DNA of 64,000 nt from an uncultured Gemmatimonadales bacterium (GTDB taxonomy: Bacteria > Gemmatimonadota > Gemmatimonadetes > Gemmatimonadales > GWC2-71-9), in NCBI GenBank assembly GCA_963730185.1, contig CAVSQW010000013.1, forward strand, positions 64,001-128,000. The letters are read 5' to 3'. Made by a program: the position numbers and the translations under genes. Positions 37,863 to 47,053 of the stretch are shown one piece after another (within the stretch, counting starts at the first letter, position 1; every line of letters begins with the position of its first letter). Under the pieces are notes generated by a model. The model was not told the DNA's origin and searched no databases. It saw only the letters and a program-made list of their open reading frames with translations.

Positions 37863-40379
37863 TTACTCGGCTCGGAGCGCCTCCGTCGGCGGGATTCGGG
37901 AGGCGCGGCGGGCCGGGATGAGTCCGGCACCAAGCGCCACCACCGCGATGGCGGCGGCGGCGCCGACGAAGGCCACGGCATCGAAGCCCGTCAGGCCATA
38001 GAGCAGCGACTGTGCGGCCCGGCCGATGCCGAGAGCGGCCGTGAACCCGATGGCCCCGCCGATCAGCACCATCCAGGCCACCTGCCGGACGATGAGGGTC
38101 TGGACCCGCTGGCGGTCGGCGCCGAGCGCCATGCGGACCCCGATCTCGCGGGTCCTGAGGGTCACGTTGTAGGCCAGGACGCCGTAGAGGCCGATCGCGG
38201 CCAACAAGGTGGCCAGGATGGCGAACGCGGCGGAGAGAGTGCTGATCATCCGGTCCAGGTAGACGTTCTCTTCCACCGTTTGGGGCAGGGTGGTGAGGTC
38301 GGCCACCGGAAGGTTCGGGTCGAGCTTGGCGACCAGCGGCGGAACGGCCCGGACCACGGAGGCGGGCGCGATCCGGGTTCGGACGTAGAAGACCAGGCGG
38401 GTCTGGTTGGTGTCCTGCCTCGCCGCGCTGAAGAAGAGCGGCTCGGGCTCGTCCATCTTGACCCGGTTGTAGGCGGAGTTGCGGACCACGCCCACGATCT
38501 GATAGTCCCGCCGCCCGTCACCCGGTTTGTGGGGGATGAGCGGATTTCCTTCGGTCACCCGCTTGCCGATCGCGCCGGAGCCGAGCTTGAACTGCTTGAC
38601 GAACTGCTCGTTCACCACGGCCACCAGCGGCGAGCCGGGCCCGTCCGCATCGGTGAATTCCCGACCTTGGAGGATCGGAATTCCCAGGGTCTTGAAGTAG
38701 TCGGTTCCGATCGCATTCGTCCGGGTGTTGGCGTCGGTGGTGATCGAGGCCTGGAAGCCCTCGACATCGACATCCGTCCCGTTGCTCCATCCCACCAGGA
38801 TCGGAACCTGCGCGCTGGTCACCCCGGTCACCCCGGGGATCGCCGCCAGCTCGGTCTTGAGCCGCTCGAATAGGGCCGCGCTCCGCGACCAGTCGTAGCC
38901 CATCTGCCCCGGTGAGACCGCGAAGCTCACCACGCTGTCGATGCGGACTCCGAGGTCCACCCGATTCACGTTGGCCAGGCTCCGGAGGAAGAGCCCGGCC
39001 GAGCAGAGGAGCGCCATGGAGAGCGTGATCTGGGCCGTGACCAGCGCGTTCCGGAACCGGCTCGCTCCCCGCCCGGCGGAGCCCCGCCCGGCGGCCGACT
39101 TGATCACGCTGAGGAGGTCGGGCCGGGTGGCCTGGAGCGCGGGCAGGAGCCCGAACAGGAAGGTGGCGCCGAGGGCCAGGCCGGCGGCGAAGAGCAGAAC
39201 CGGTCCGTCGAGCCCGAAGTCGATGCTTTGGGTCAGCTGCTGCGGTAGGAACGAGGTGATGAGGCGGAGCGTCCCCACGGCCACCAGGAGGCTCAACCCC
39301 CCGGCAATCACGGCGAGGATTGCCGATTCCACCAGGAGCTGTCCGACCAACGTCGCCCGGTTGGCGCCCAGCGACGACCGGACCGCCATCTCCGAGGCCC
39401 GCCCGGCGGCTCGCGCCAAGAGCAGGTTGGCGACGTTGGTGCAGGCCACCAGCAGTACGATCGCGGTGACCGCCAGGAGCAGGAACAACGGCGTGCTGGT
39501 CTGGGCCCGGAGGCCGCTCTGGCCCTGATTGCCGGGCGTGAACCGGACCACCTTCTTCTTGAACCGCTCCAGGGTCTGATCCGAGACGCCCTTCTGGAGC
39601 GGGACCTCCACGTCGTTGACGATCGAGTGGTAGAGCGTGTTGACCGCGGCCAGCGCCTTCGCCTCGGACACGCCGGGGGCCGGGCGTCCGAAGAGGTAGA
39701 GCCAGTACCTGGTTCGGTCGTCGCTCGCCTTGAGCCATGATATCTGGCCGATCATGGTGAGCGGTAAGAAGACCCGAGGCCGGGAGCCGAGGGTGGTGCC
39801 GTCGAAGCCCGCCGGGGCCACGCCGACCACCGTCAGGGCCTTGCCATTGACCAGGATGGTCTGGTCGAGCACGCCTGGATCCGCGCCCAACTCGGTGGTC
39901 CAGTAGCGGTAGCTCAGCACGACGACGGGGTCGCCGTCGATCGTCCGGTCGTCCTCGGGGCCCAGCAGGCGCCCCAGCGCTGGCTTGAGCCCGAGGACCG
40001 GGAAGTACGAGCCCGACACCGCAACCCCTTCGCCGCTCAGCGACTTGCCCTTGAACGACAGATCGGCGCCGATCAGTCGGTGCCCGGCGAGGGTGATCAG
40101 GTCCTGACCCTTCTGGAGGTCCCGGAACATCGGGTAGCTGAAGATCACGTCGCAGCCGCCGGCCTGGTTGCAGCTCTGAGACCCGGGATTTGGGCCTTCG
40201 GCCAGGACGTTGACCAGACCGTCGGGATTCACGACCGGCAGCGACTGAAGCATGACCCGCTGGATCAGCGAGAAGATGGCGGTGTTGGCGCCGATCCCGA
40301 GGGCGAGGGATCCGATGGCGACGGCGGTGACGAAGGGGCTCCGGGTCAGCGTGCGGACGGCCAGTCTTAGGTTCGGCAT
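37863..40379 (-). CDS. ADOP-family duplicated ABC permease
   Basis: LRLAVRTL.RSPF, GIGANTAIFS, CTNVANLLLAR, RTREIGVRMALGA. Confidence 0.92.
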   Translation of the reverse strand: MPNLRLAVRTLTRSPFVTAVAIGSLALGIGANTAIFSLIQRVMLQSLPVVNPDGLVNVLAEGPNPGSQSCNQAGGCDVIFSYPMFRDLQKGQDLITLAGHRLIGADLSFKGKSLSGEGVAVSGSYFPVLGLKPALGRLLGPEDDRTIDGDPVVVLSYRYWTTELGADPGVLDQTILVNGKALTVVGVAPAGFDGTTLGSRPRVFLPLTMIGQISWLKASDDRTRYWLYLFGRPAPGVSEAKALAAVNTLYHSIVNDVEVPLQKGVSDQTLERFKKKVVRFTPGNQGQSGLRAQTSTPLFLLLAVTAIVLLVACTNVANLLLARAAGRASEMAVRSSLGANRATLVGQLLVESAILAVIAGGLSLLVAVGTLRLITSFLPQQLTQSIDFGLDGPVLLFAAGLALGATFLFGLLPALQATRPDLLSVIKSAAGRGSAGRGASRFRNALVTAQITLSMALLCSAGLFLRSLANVNRVDLGVRIDSVVSFAVSPGQMGYDWSRSAALFERLKTELAAIPGVTGVTSAQVPILVGWSNGTDVDVEGFQASITTDANTRTNAIGTDYFKTLGIPILQGREFTDADGPGSPLVAVVNEQFVKQFKLGSGAIGKRVTEGNPLIPHKPGDGRRDYQIVGVVRNSAYNRVKMDEPEPLFFSAARQDTNQTRLVFYVRTRIAPASVVRAVPPLVAKLDPNLPVADLTTLPQTVEENVYLDRMISTLSAAFAILATLLAAIGLYGVLAYNVTLRTREIGVRMALGADRQRVQTLIVRQVAWMVLIGGAIGFTAALGIGRAAQSLLYGLTGFDAVAFVGAAAAIAVVALGAGLIPARRASRIPPTEALRAE

Positions 40380-40471
40380 TTCGGGCTTTGGCGGCGTGGG
40401 CGGACGAGTCGGGCGACATCGGTTAGACTCGCCCAGCCAGCCGATCGTTGCCTCCCGACCGGCCGAGCCGA

Positions 40472-41572
40472 CTAGGGGCCCCCGAGCAGCCCCGCGATGC
40501 GCCGGTGAAAGCGCTCGGCACAGGCCTGAATCGAGAGGGTCGCCAGATGGGGTGGTGGGGAAGGCGAAGTGGGGTGGTCCAGCGCCGCCGCGAGATGTCG
40601 GGCCAGGGTCGCGGGGTCGTCGGGATCGAAGTATCGGGCCGCGTCGCCGACGAACTGGCGGTGGGGCGGAATGTCGGAGACGATCACTGGACGGCGCATG
40701 GCCAAGCCCTCCAGCGGCGTCAGGCCGAGGCCTTCGAATCGGCTCGGGCACACGACCACCGCGGCCTGGCGGTAGGCCTCGACGACGGCCTGGTCCGACG
40801 TCCATCCCCCCGCGAGGTCCAGGCTCACCCCGAGTTCCCGGGCGAGGCGCCGGAGGGCCGGCGCCTCGGGCCCGTGGCCGATGATCCGAACCCGGGCCGG
40901 CCGACCCAGTCCCGCGACCGCCCGAAGCAGGGTCGCATGGTTCTTCTGGGGCACCAGGCGCGACACCGAGAGGATGACGGGTGGGGTACCCATGGGACCG
41001 CTCCGCTCGCCCGCCGCGTCGGGATCGCCGCCACCCGTCTCTTCGGGGAGCGCCTGGAACCGGTCGCTGTCATAGCAGAAGGGCACCAGCTCCGCTCGCA
41101 CCTCGAACCGGGCCAAGAGGTCGTCCAGGGTCTGTTGGGAGGGGGCCCAGACCTGGAGGGCGCGGCGCGCCACGTAGCGATTCCGGCTCAGGAATCCGGG
41201 TCGTTCAGCGTAGCCGCCGATCAGCCGGGGCAGCTTACGAATCCGGCCGGCCGCGAAGAAGATCAAGTCGGGCCGACCCTGGCCCAGCCACCACGGTGGC
41301 AGGTCCCACAGGTAGACGACCAGCGGCACCCGATGGCGAGCCGCGTACTCGTACCCGCGGACCGCGTTGGTGCCGTCGGCGGCGAGCGCCAGTCGGGCGG
41401 GCGCGTTGCCCTCGAGCGAGATCCGGAGGCCCGCCTCGCGGAGCAAGGGCACCGGAAGGGTGCAGTATCGATTGGGCGCGAACCACCGGACATCGTCCAT
41501 CGGCAGACCGTTCAGTGGGTCCCCGGCGTGGGGCGCCGGCCAAGCGTAGCCCCGGGGGTGGAGGTCCGTCAA
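40472..41572 (-). CDS. Glycosyltransferase family 4
   Basis: VSRLVPQKN, IGHGP, PSRFEGLGLTPLEG, SDIP. Confidence 0.88.
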   Translation of the reverse strand: MTDLHPRGYAWPAPHAGDPLNGLPMDDVRWFAPNRYCTLPVPLLREAGLRISLEGNAPARLALAADGTNAVRGYEYAARHRVPLVVYLWDLPPWWLGQGRPDLIFFAAGRIRKLPRLIGGYAERPGFLSRNRYVARRALQVWAPSQQTLDDLLARFEVRAELVPFCYDSDRFQALPEETGGGDPDAAGERSGPMGTPPVILSVSRLVPQKNHATLLRAVAGLGRPARVRIIGHGPEAPALRRLARELGVSLDLAGGWTSDQAVVEAYRQAAVVVCPSRFEGLGLTPLEGLAMRRPVIVSDIPPHRQFVGDAARYFDPDDPATLARHLAAALDHPTSPSPPPHLATLSIQACAERFHRRIAGLLGGP

Positions 41573-41659
41573 ATGTCGGACGGGCCTCCCCGATCGCCTT
41601 CGGTTTGGCCGACCGCCGGCTCATATTGTCGGTTCTTCGATCCCTCGGAGGATGGCGTC

Positions 41660-42337
41660 ATGTTCCTGGGACACTATGCTCTCGCGTTGGGCGTCAAACG
41701 CCGCGCTCCCCGAACCAATCTCGGCGTCCTGATGGCCGCCGCCCAGCTTCCCGACCTGATCTGGCCCGTGCTGCTGTTGCTCGGTGTCGAACGGGTGGCC
41801 CCTGGCGACCATGGCTTCACGGCTCTTCGTTTCGTTGACTATCCCTGGTCCCACAGTCTGCTGATGGTCGTGGTCACCGGGATCCTGGCCGGGGTGATCT
41901 ATCGGCTGGCCACCGGGCGTCGCGACCCCCGGGGCGCGATGCTGGTGGCCCTGCTGGCCACCAGTCACTGGGTGCTCGACTGGATCACCCATCGACCGGA
42001 CCTCCCCCTCTATCCCGGTGGCAGCGCCCGGTTGGGCCTCGGGCTCTGGAACTCGGCCGTGGCTACGGTGGCCATCGAGGGGCTGATGTGGATCGTGGGG
42101 ATCTGGCTCTACGTCGCCGCCACCCGACCGGTCAACCGGGGCGGCCGGTACGCGTTCTGGAGCTTGATCGCGTTGCTGACCTTCATCTACGTGGGCAGTA
42201 TCGCCTCGCCGCCGCCGGCCGACCTGAATGCTCTTGCCTGGGCCGCGATGGTCGGATGGCTGGTCCCTTTCTGGGCGGCCTGGGCCGATCGGGGTCGGCG
42301 GCCGGTGGGGGGGATGGGGACCGGCGACCCGAGCTAG
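41660..42337 (+). CDS. Membrane metal-dependent hydrolase-like protein
   Basis: GGAGG RBS; MFLGH, QLPD, PWSHS, SHWVLDWITHRPDL. Confidence 0.8.
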   Translation: MFLGHYALALGVKRRAPRTNLGVLMAAAQLPDLIWPVLLLLGVERVAPGDHGFTALRFVDYPWSHSLLMVVVTGILAGVIYRLATGRRDPRGAMLVALLATSHWVLDWITHRPDLPLYPGGSARLGLGLWNSAVATVAIEGLMWIVGIWLYVAATRPVNRGGRYAFWSLIALLTFIYVGSIASPPPADLNALAWAAMVGWLVPFWAAWADRGRRPVGGMGTGDPS

Positions 42338-42399
42338 TCACCGGCGGCAGCGTCGCGCCGGTTCGAGCCCCAGCGCTGCGCCGCCCCAGGAGGTGGGGT

Positions 42400-42681
42400 C
42401 TACGCGACTCGCTCGGCCGTGGCCGGGCTGATGGTGGTGGCGACCTCGGAGATCCGATTGGCCGGGAACCCGCCCTTCTGGGCGTGCTCCTTGATCAGGT
42501 CTTCGGAGGCGGCCTCGTAGACACAGTAGATCTTGTCGGTCGCGACGTAGCTGTGCAGCCAGCGGATGTCCGATCCCAACTGGTCCAACACGTCGCACGA
42601 CGTACGCGAAATAGCCTTCAGCTCGGCCGGACTCAGCCGGTGAGCTCCGGGCAGCTCGCGCTCGATCACGAATTGACGCAT
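42400..42681 (-). CDS. DUF4242 / SCO4226-like nickel-binding small protein
   Basis: GGGAG RBS; FVIERE.PG, W.HSYV..DKIYCVYEA, HA.KGGFPANRISEV. Confidence 0.85.
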   Translation of the reverse strand: MRQFVIERELPGAHRLSPAELKAISRTSCDVLDQLGSDIRWLHSYVATDKIYCVYEAASEDLIKEHAQKGGFPANRISEVATTISPATAERVA

Positions 42682-42759
42682 AGGGAACTCCCCGAGAAGG
42701 GTGCCAGGAGTGTACGGCCTCGACCGGTTGGCCGGCAAGCGGCCTCCCGTTTCCCCGAC

Positions 42760-42956
42760 GCCGCCGGTGACTACCTCTTCGGGGTCGCCCTGGCCGAGCA
42801 GGGTGAACGTCCTGGTGCGATGCTCGACGACGCCGTCGATGGTTCGGAGCATCCGGTCCAAGTCGGCCAGCTCGGGCACTGAGAAGCGGAACGACGAGCC
42901 CTGACTGCCGGTCTCAGGTCGCGGCCGAGGTCGGCCAGTAGTGTCGCGATCATCAT
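42760..42956 (-). pseudogene. Remnant of the N-terminus of an ADOP permease
   Basis: GGAGG RBS plus MIATLLADLGRDLR, then in another frame FRFSVPELADL..TIDGVVEH..TFTLLGQGDP, which resembles VRFSVPEILDF..SFDGIAEY..TYTLQGSGDP of 43150..45591. Confidence 0.65.
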
Positions 42957-43149
42957 CGATCCTCCCAAGGGGGTGCTCCCCCACGGTAGGACGGTGAGGC
43001 CCGACCGGTCCGGTACGGCAGGGGGCCCGCGGGGCTTCCGCTCCGGCGGTCGGATCGCCATACATCCAGGGATCCGCCCCGGGTTCAGCGCCGGGGAAAG
43101 GATTCACGCGCCCCCGTTGTATGGGGTCCGAGCCCCGAACGAGGACCTC

Positions 43150-45591
43150 ATGTTCCCGAACGACCTTCGCTTCGCGCTCCGCTCGCTGATCCGCGCTCCC
43201 GGCTTCGCCCTGGCGGTGGTGCTCACCCTCGGCCTCGGGATTGGCGCCAACACGGCGATCTTTTCGGTGGTTCGCGGCGTCCTGCTCAAGCCGTTGCCCC
43301 ACCGTGAGGGGGAGCGGCTCGTCTATCTCCGGCAGTCGGCCGACGGGCTGGGCGGCGACAACGTCCGATTCTCGGTTCCCGAGATCCTCGACTTCCGGGA
43401 GGGAGCCCGGAGCTTCGACGGGATTGCGGAGTATTCGGGCATGACCTACACGCTCCAGGGAAGCGGCGACCCGGTCCGCGTCGACGTGGGGCTGGTGACG
43501 GGGAACTACTTCGCGGTCATGGGGCTTCGGCCGCTCCTGGGCCGGGTGACCACCTCGGCCGACGACGGGACCGCCGTCCCCCCGGTCATGGTGCTCACCC
43601 ACGACTTCTGGCGCCGGCACTTCGGCGGCGACAGCGGGGTGGTCGGCCGGACGGTGCGGATCGACAACCAGGCCGTGGCCGTGATCGGGGTGCTGGAGCC
43701 GGCGCCGTCCTTTCCCGACCGGATCGACGCGATCATGAACATGGTGATCAGCCCCCACCACACCAGCGCGATGATGGTGCACGGGCGGACCCACCGGATG
43801 ACCGAGATGATCGCCCGGCTGGCCCCCGGGGTATCGGTGGACCGGGCCCGGGCCGAGGTGGCGGACATCCGGACCCGGGTCCAGGCCGATCATCCGGATG
43901 CCTACGACGCGGCGTCCAACTACCGGGTAACGCTCACGCCGTTCCGCGAAGTCCTCGGTCAGCGGGCTCGCCTGACCCTCTGGCTGCTGATGGGCGCTGC
44001 GGCGTTCGTGCTGGTCATCGCCTGCGCCAACGTCGCCAACCTGACCTTGATGCGGGGCGTGCGACGGGAGCAGGAGCTGGTGATCCGGTCGGCCCTGGGC
44101 GCCGGCGTCGGGCGGCTCCGGCGGCTGCTCCTGACCGAGAACCTGGTCCTCGCTCTCGCGGGCGGCGGGCTCGCCTTGCTGGTCGCCTGGGGCGGGGTGG
44201 GAATGCTGACCGCGCTGGCGGCGCGCTACTCGCCCCGGGCCGCCGAGATCCGACTCGACGGTGTGGTGCTCGGCTTCACCCTGTTCCTGGCAATCGGCGT
44301 GGCGGTGGTGCTGGCGTACGCGCCGCGGTTCGTGGCCGAGTCGGCGCTGGGCGCCTGGCTCACGGGGGCGGGCAAGTCGTCCGCCAGCGGGCGGCGCCAG
44401 CGGCTGCAGCGGCTTCTGGTCGTCGCCCAGGTGGCGGTGTCGGTGGTGCTGCTCACCGGGGCGGGCCTCCTGACCCGGACCCTGCTCGAGCTCGATCGGG
44501 TGGATAGCGGCTTCGACGCCGGCGACGAGGTGCTCACGATGGAGGTTCCGGTCGACGCGGCCGGCCGAAGCGCCGCCGACCAGGTGGGCCTCTACCAGCG
44601 CATGCAGGCGGAGCTGGCCGCTCTCCCGGGGGTGGTCCAGGTCGGCGCCGGGTCGACGCTGCCGCTTCACAACTCGGGGTTTCAGCTCGAGGTCAAGGCC
44701 GAAGGCCAGGCGCTGGCCTCGGGTGAGCCGATGCCTCGGGCGGACTATCGGACGGCGAGTCCCGATTTCTTCCGGGCCGCCGGCATCCCGCTGGTGGCCG
44801 GGCGGACCTTCGAGGCCGCCGACGGCGCCACCTCGCCGCTGGTGGCGGTCCTGAACCGGACCCTCGCCGAACGGCTCTTCCCCGGGGTGGATCCGATCGG
44901 CCGGCGGGTTGCCTGGACCGGTGACGTGCTCCGTTTCATCCCTGTCACCGGCGACTGGCGCACGGTCGTGGGCGTGGTGGGCGACACCAAAGACGACGGG
45001 CTCGACGGCGGTTCGCGGCCGGTGCTGTACCAGCCCCTCGCGCAGGGCATCTTCGGCGGGGGGCTGGTGATTCGGGCCCGGGGTGGCGCCGCGGCCATGG
45101 CGGCGGAGGCCACCCGGACGGTGCGGGCCATCGTGCCGGAGGCGCCGATCGAGAACGTGCTGACGGTGAGCGAGATCAAGCGGGAGAGCATGGCGCCCCG
45201 CCGCCTCAATGCCACCTTGGTGGCGGCGTTTGGGGTGCTGGCCCTTGTCATCGCGGCGGTGGGCATCGGCGGCGTGCTGGCGTTCTCGGTCAGCGCCCGG
45301 ACCAACGAGATCGGGATCCGGATGAGCTTGGGCGCCGACGCCGGCGCCGTGCAGCGGATGGTGCTGAGGGAGGGTGGGGTGCTGCTCGGGGCCGGTCTGG
45401 CGCTCGGGCTGGGGGTGGCCGTCGTCGCCACCCGGCTGGTTCGAGGGCTGTTCTACGGCGTGACGCCCGGCGACCCGGTGACCCTGGTGGCCGTGGGGCT
45501 GGCCATGGCGGTGGTCGGGCTGGCGGCCTGCTGGGTTCCGGCCCGGCGGGCGGCGCGGATCGACCCCGGGACCGCGATCCGGAGTCAGTGA
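43150..45591 (+). CDS. ADOP-family duplicated ABC permease
   Basis: GAGG RBS; DLRFALRSL.RAPGF, GIGANTAIFS, CANVANL, RTNEIGIRMSLGA. Confidence 0.92.
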   Translation: MFPNDLRFALRSLIRAPGFALAVVLTLGLGIGANTAIFSVVRGVLLKPLPHREGERLVYLRQSADGLGGDNVRFSVPEILDFREGARSFDGIAEYSGMTYTLQGSGDPVRVDVGLVTGNYFAVMGLRPLLGRVTTSADDGTAVPPVMVLTHDFWRRHFGGDSGVVGRTVRIDNQAVAVIGVLEPAPSFPDRIDAIMNMVISPHHTSAMMVHGRTHRMTEMIARLAPGVSVDRARAEVADIRTRVQADHPDAYDAASNYRVTLTPFREVLGQRARLTLWLLMGAAAFVLVIACANVANLTLMRGVRREQELVIRSALGAGVGRLRRLLLTENLVLALAGGGLALLVAWGGVGMLTALAARYSPRAAEIRLDGVVLGFTLFLAIGVAVVLAYAPRFVAESALGAWLTGAGKSSASGRRQRLQRLLVVAQVAVSVVLLTGAGLLTRTLLELDRVDSGFDAGDEVLTMEVPVDAAGRSAADQVGLYQRMQAELAALPGVVQVGAGSTLPLHNSGFQLEVKAEGQALASGEPMPRADYRTASPDFFRAAGIPLVAGRTFEAADGATSPLVAVLNRTLAERLFPGVDPIGRRVAWTGDVLRFIPVTGDWRTVVGVVGDTKDDGLDGGSRPVLYQPLAQGIFGGGLVIRARGGAAAMAAEATRTVRAIVPEAPIENVLTVSEIKRESMAPRRLNATLVAAFGVLALVIAAVGIGGVLAFSVSARTNEIGIRMSLGADAGAVQRMVLREGGVLLGAGLALGLGVAVVATRLVRGLFYGVTPGDPVTLVAVGLAMAVVGLAACWVPARRAARIDPGTAIRSQ

Positions 45592-45610
45592 CCCGCCGCC
45601 GCCCGCCTGG

Positions 45611-46192
45611 TCAGAGCACAAACGCGACGACGCCCCAACGAAGCCCGTAGGCTTCGGTGTGATCGACGGTCGCGACGCTGCCCCGGGTCAGCTTGTTCCG
45701 GTTGCGCTGGTAGTAGAGCTCGCCCGAGATGCCGACGTGCGCTCCAGCCATCAGCAGGACCCCGCCTCCGACGGACCAGGTCGTCGTGGTCGTCGTGGCA
45801 TCCTGGCCCTGAACGCTGGAGGTGCCGGACAGTCGGCCGAGCTGAAGCCGCCCGGAGACGAAGGGATAGAGGCGACTCGGTGCTGTCCAGGGATAGACCG
45901 TGAGGCCCGGCCCGACCGCCACGCCGTTCGCGGTGGAGCCGCCGGCGGAGAGGTGGCTGTAGCTCGCTCCCAGCTCCACCGCCACGCCCGGCGCCACGAA
46001 GTACCCCACGTCGGGTGCGATCGCGAGGGAGGTCGAGGCCTGGTCGGTGTCCCGGTCGCTGGCGTGGGTGATACTCGCCCCGCCCGCCAGGCGGATCGAG
46101 CCCCGCTGAACCGGGGAGGCTTGAGCGGTCAGCGGCCCGACGGCGCCGATCAGAAGGATGGTGGCGGCGGAGACGACGGACGAGGCGCGCAT
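45611..46192 (-). CDS. Outer-membrane beta-barrel protein (OmpA/OmpW-like, 8-strand)
   Basis: GGAGG RBS; signal peptide; alternating beta strands (P.VGYFV, YPFV); ends AFVL. Confidence 0.75.
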   Translation of the reverse strand: MRASSVVSAATILLIGAVGPLTAQASPVQRGSIRLAGGASITHASDRDTDQASTSLAIAPDVGYFVAPGVAVELGASYSHLSAGGSTANGVAVGPGLTVYPWTAPSRLYPFVSGRLQLGRLSGTSSVQGQDATTTTTTWSVGGGVLLMAGAHVGISGELYYQRNRNKLTRGSVATVDHTEAYGLRWGVVAFVL

Positions 46193-46302
46193 GGGTATCT
46201 TCCTCCGAGGCGGGGTGATACTCTCCCTACCGGCCGGCCCCGTGGCGGGGTTTCAGTCGGCGGCTTACCCACCCCTCGTCGACGGGGTAAACTAGGATGC
46301 GT

Positions 46303-46995
46303 ATGACCACCACTCAGATCACCAGAATCGTCGTCGCCCTGGTCACCGCCGGGGCGCTCGGGGCGTGCGGCAAGAGTCAGACGCCCGTCCAGGCCACTCC
46401 GAGTCCGGCCGTCGGCCAGACTGGTGAGTCCGCCGCCGTCGCACGGGCTCGGGCCGACAGCCTCCGCTATCCGTACATCAAGGCCGACATCGACTTCATG
46501 GTCGGGATGATCGGCCACCACGCCCAGGCCGTCGTGATGGCGGAGTGGGCGCCCTCCCACGGGGCCAGCCCGTCGGTCCAGACCCTGTGCGCCCGGATCC
46601 TCAACGCCCAGAACGACGAGATCCAGCTGATGCAGCGCTGGCTCCGCGATCGGAACCAGCCGGTCCCCGAGCCGGTGGGTGACGGGATGAGCGTCAAGAT
46701 CGACGGCGTCGTGCACCAGCACGACATGATGATGCCGGGCATGCTCAGCATGGAGCAGATGCGGGAGCTGGATGCCGCCCGGGGTCCCGACTTCGATCGG
46801 TTGTTCCTCAAGTACATGATCCAGCACCACAAGGGCGCGGTCGCCATGGTCCAGAAGCTCTTCGCGACCGACGGCGCCGCCCAGGACGAGCTGACCTTCA
46901 AGTTCGCCTCCGACGTCAACGTGGATCAGACCACGGAGATCGCCCGGATGGAGCAGATGTTGTTCGCGGTGCTGGTCGAGCAGCGCTCGAAGTAA
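46303..46995 (+). CDS. DUF305 (ferritin-like) lipoprotein
   Basis: LGAC lipobox; ADIDFM.GMIGHHAQA, Q.DEI..M, FDRLFL.YMIQHHKGA, DQ.TEI.RM. Confidence 0.9.
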   Translation: MTTTQITRIVVALVTAGALGACGKSQTPVQATPSPAVGQTGESAAVARARADSLRYPYIKADIDFMVGMIGHHAQAVVMAEWAPSHGASPSVQTLCARILNAQNDEIQLMQRWLRDRNQPVPEPVGDGMSVKIDGVVHQHDMMMPGMLSMEQMRELDAARGPDFDRLFLKYMIQHHKGAVAMVQKLFATDGAAQDELTFKFASDVNVDQTTEIARMEQMLFAVLVEQRSK

Positions 46996-47053
46996 CCGTT
47001 TCCCAATCGTTCGTCGGCTCGGCCCCCCCTCCGTCCCCTCGAGAGGTGTCGTC

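Noticed and set aside
42400..45621. 1073-aa minus-strand ORF
   Set aside because: Antisense shadow of the ADOP permease in high-GC DNA; only the last ~93 codons (DUF4242) and a short remnant look coding.
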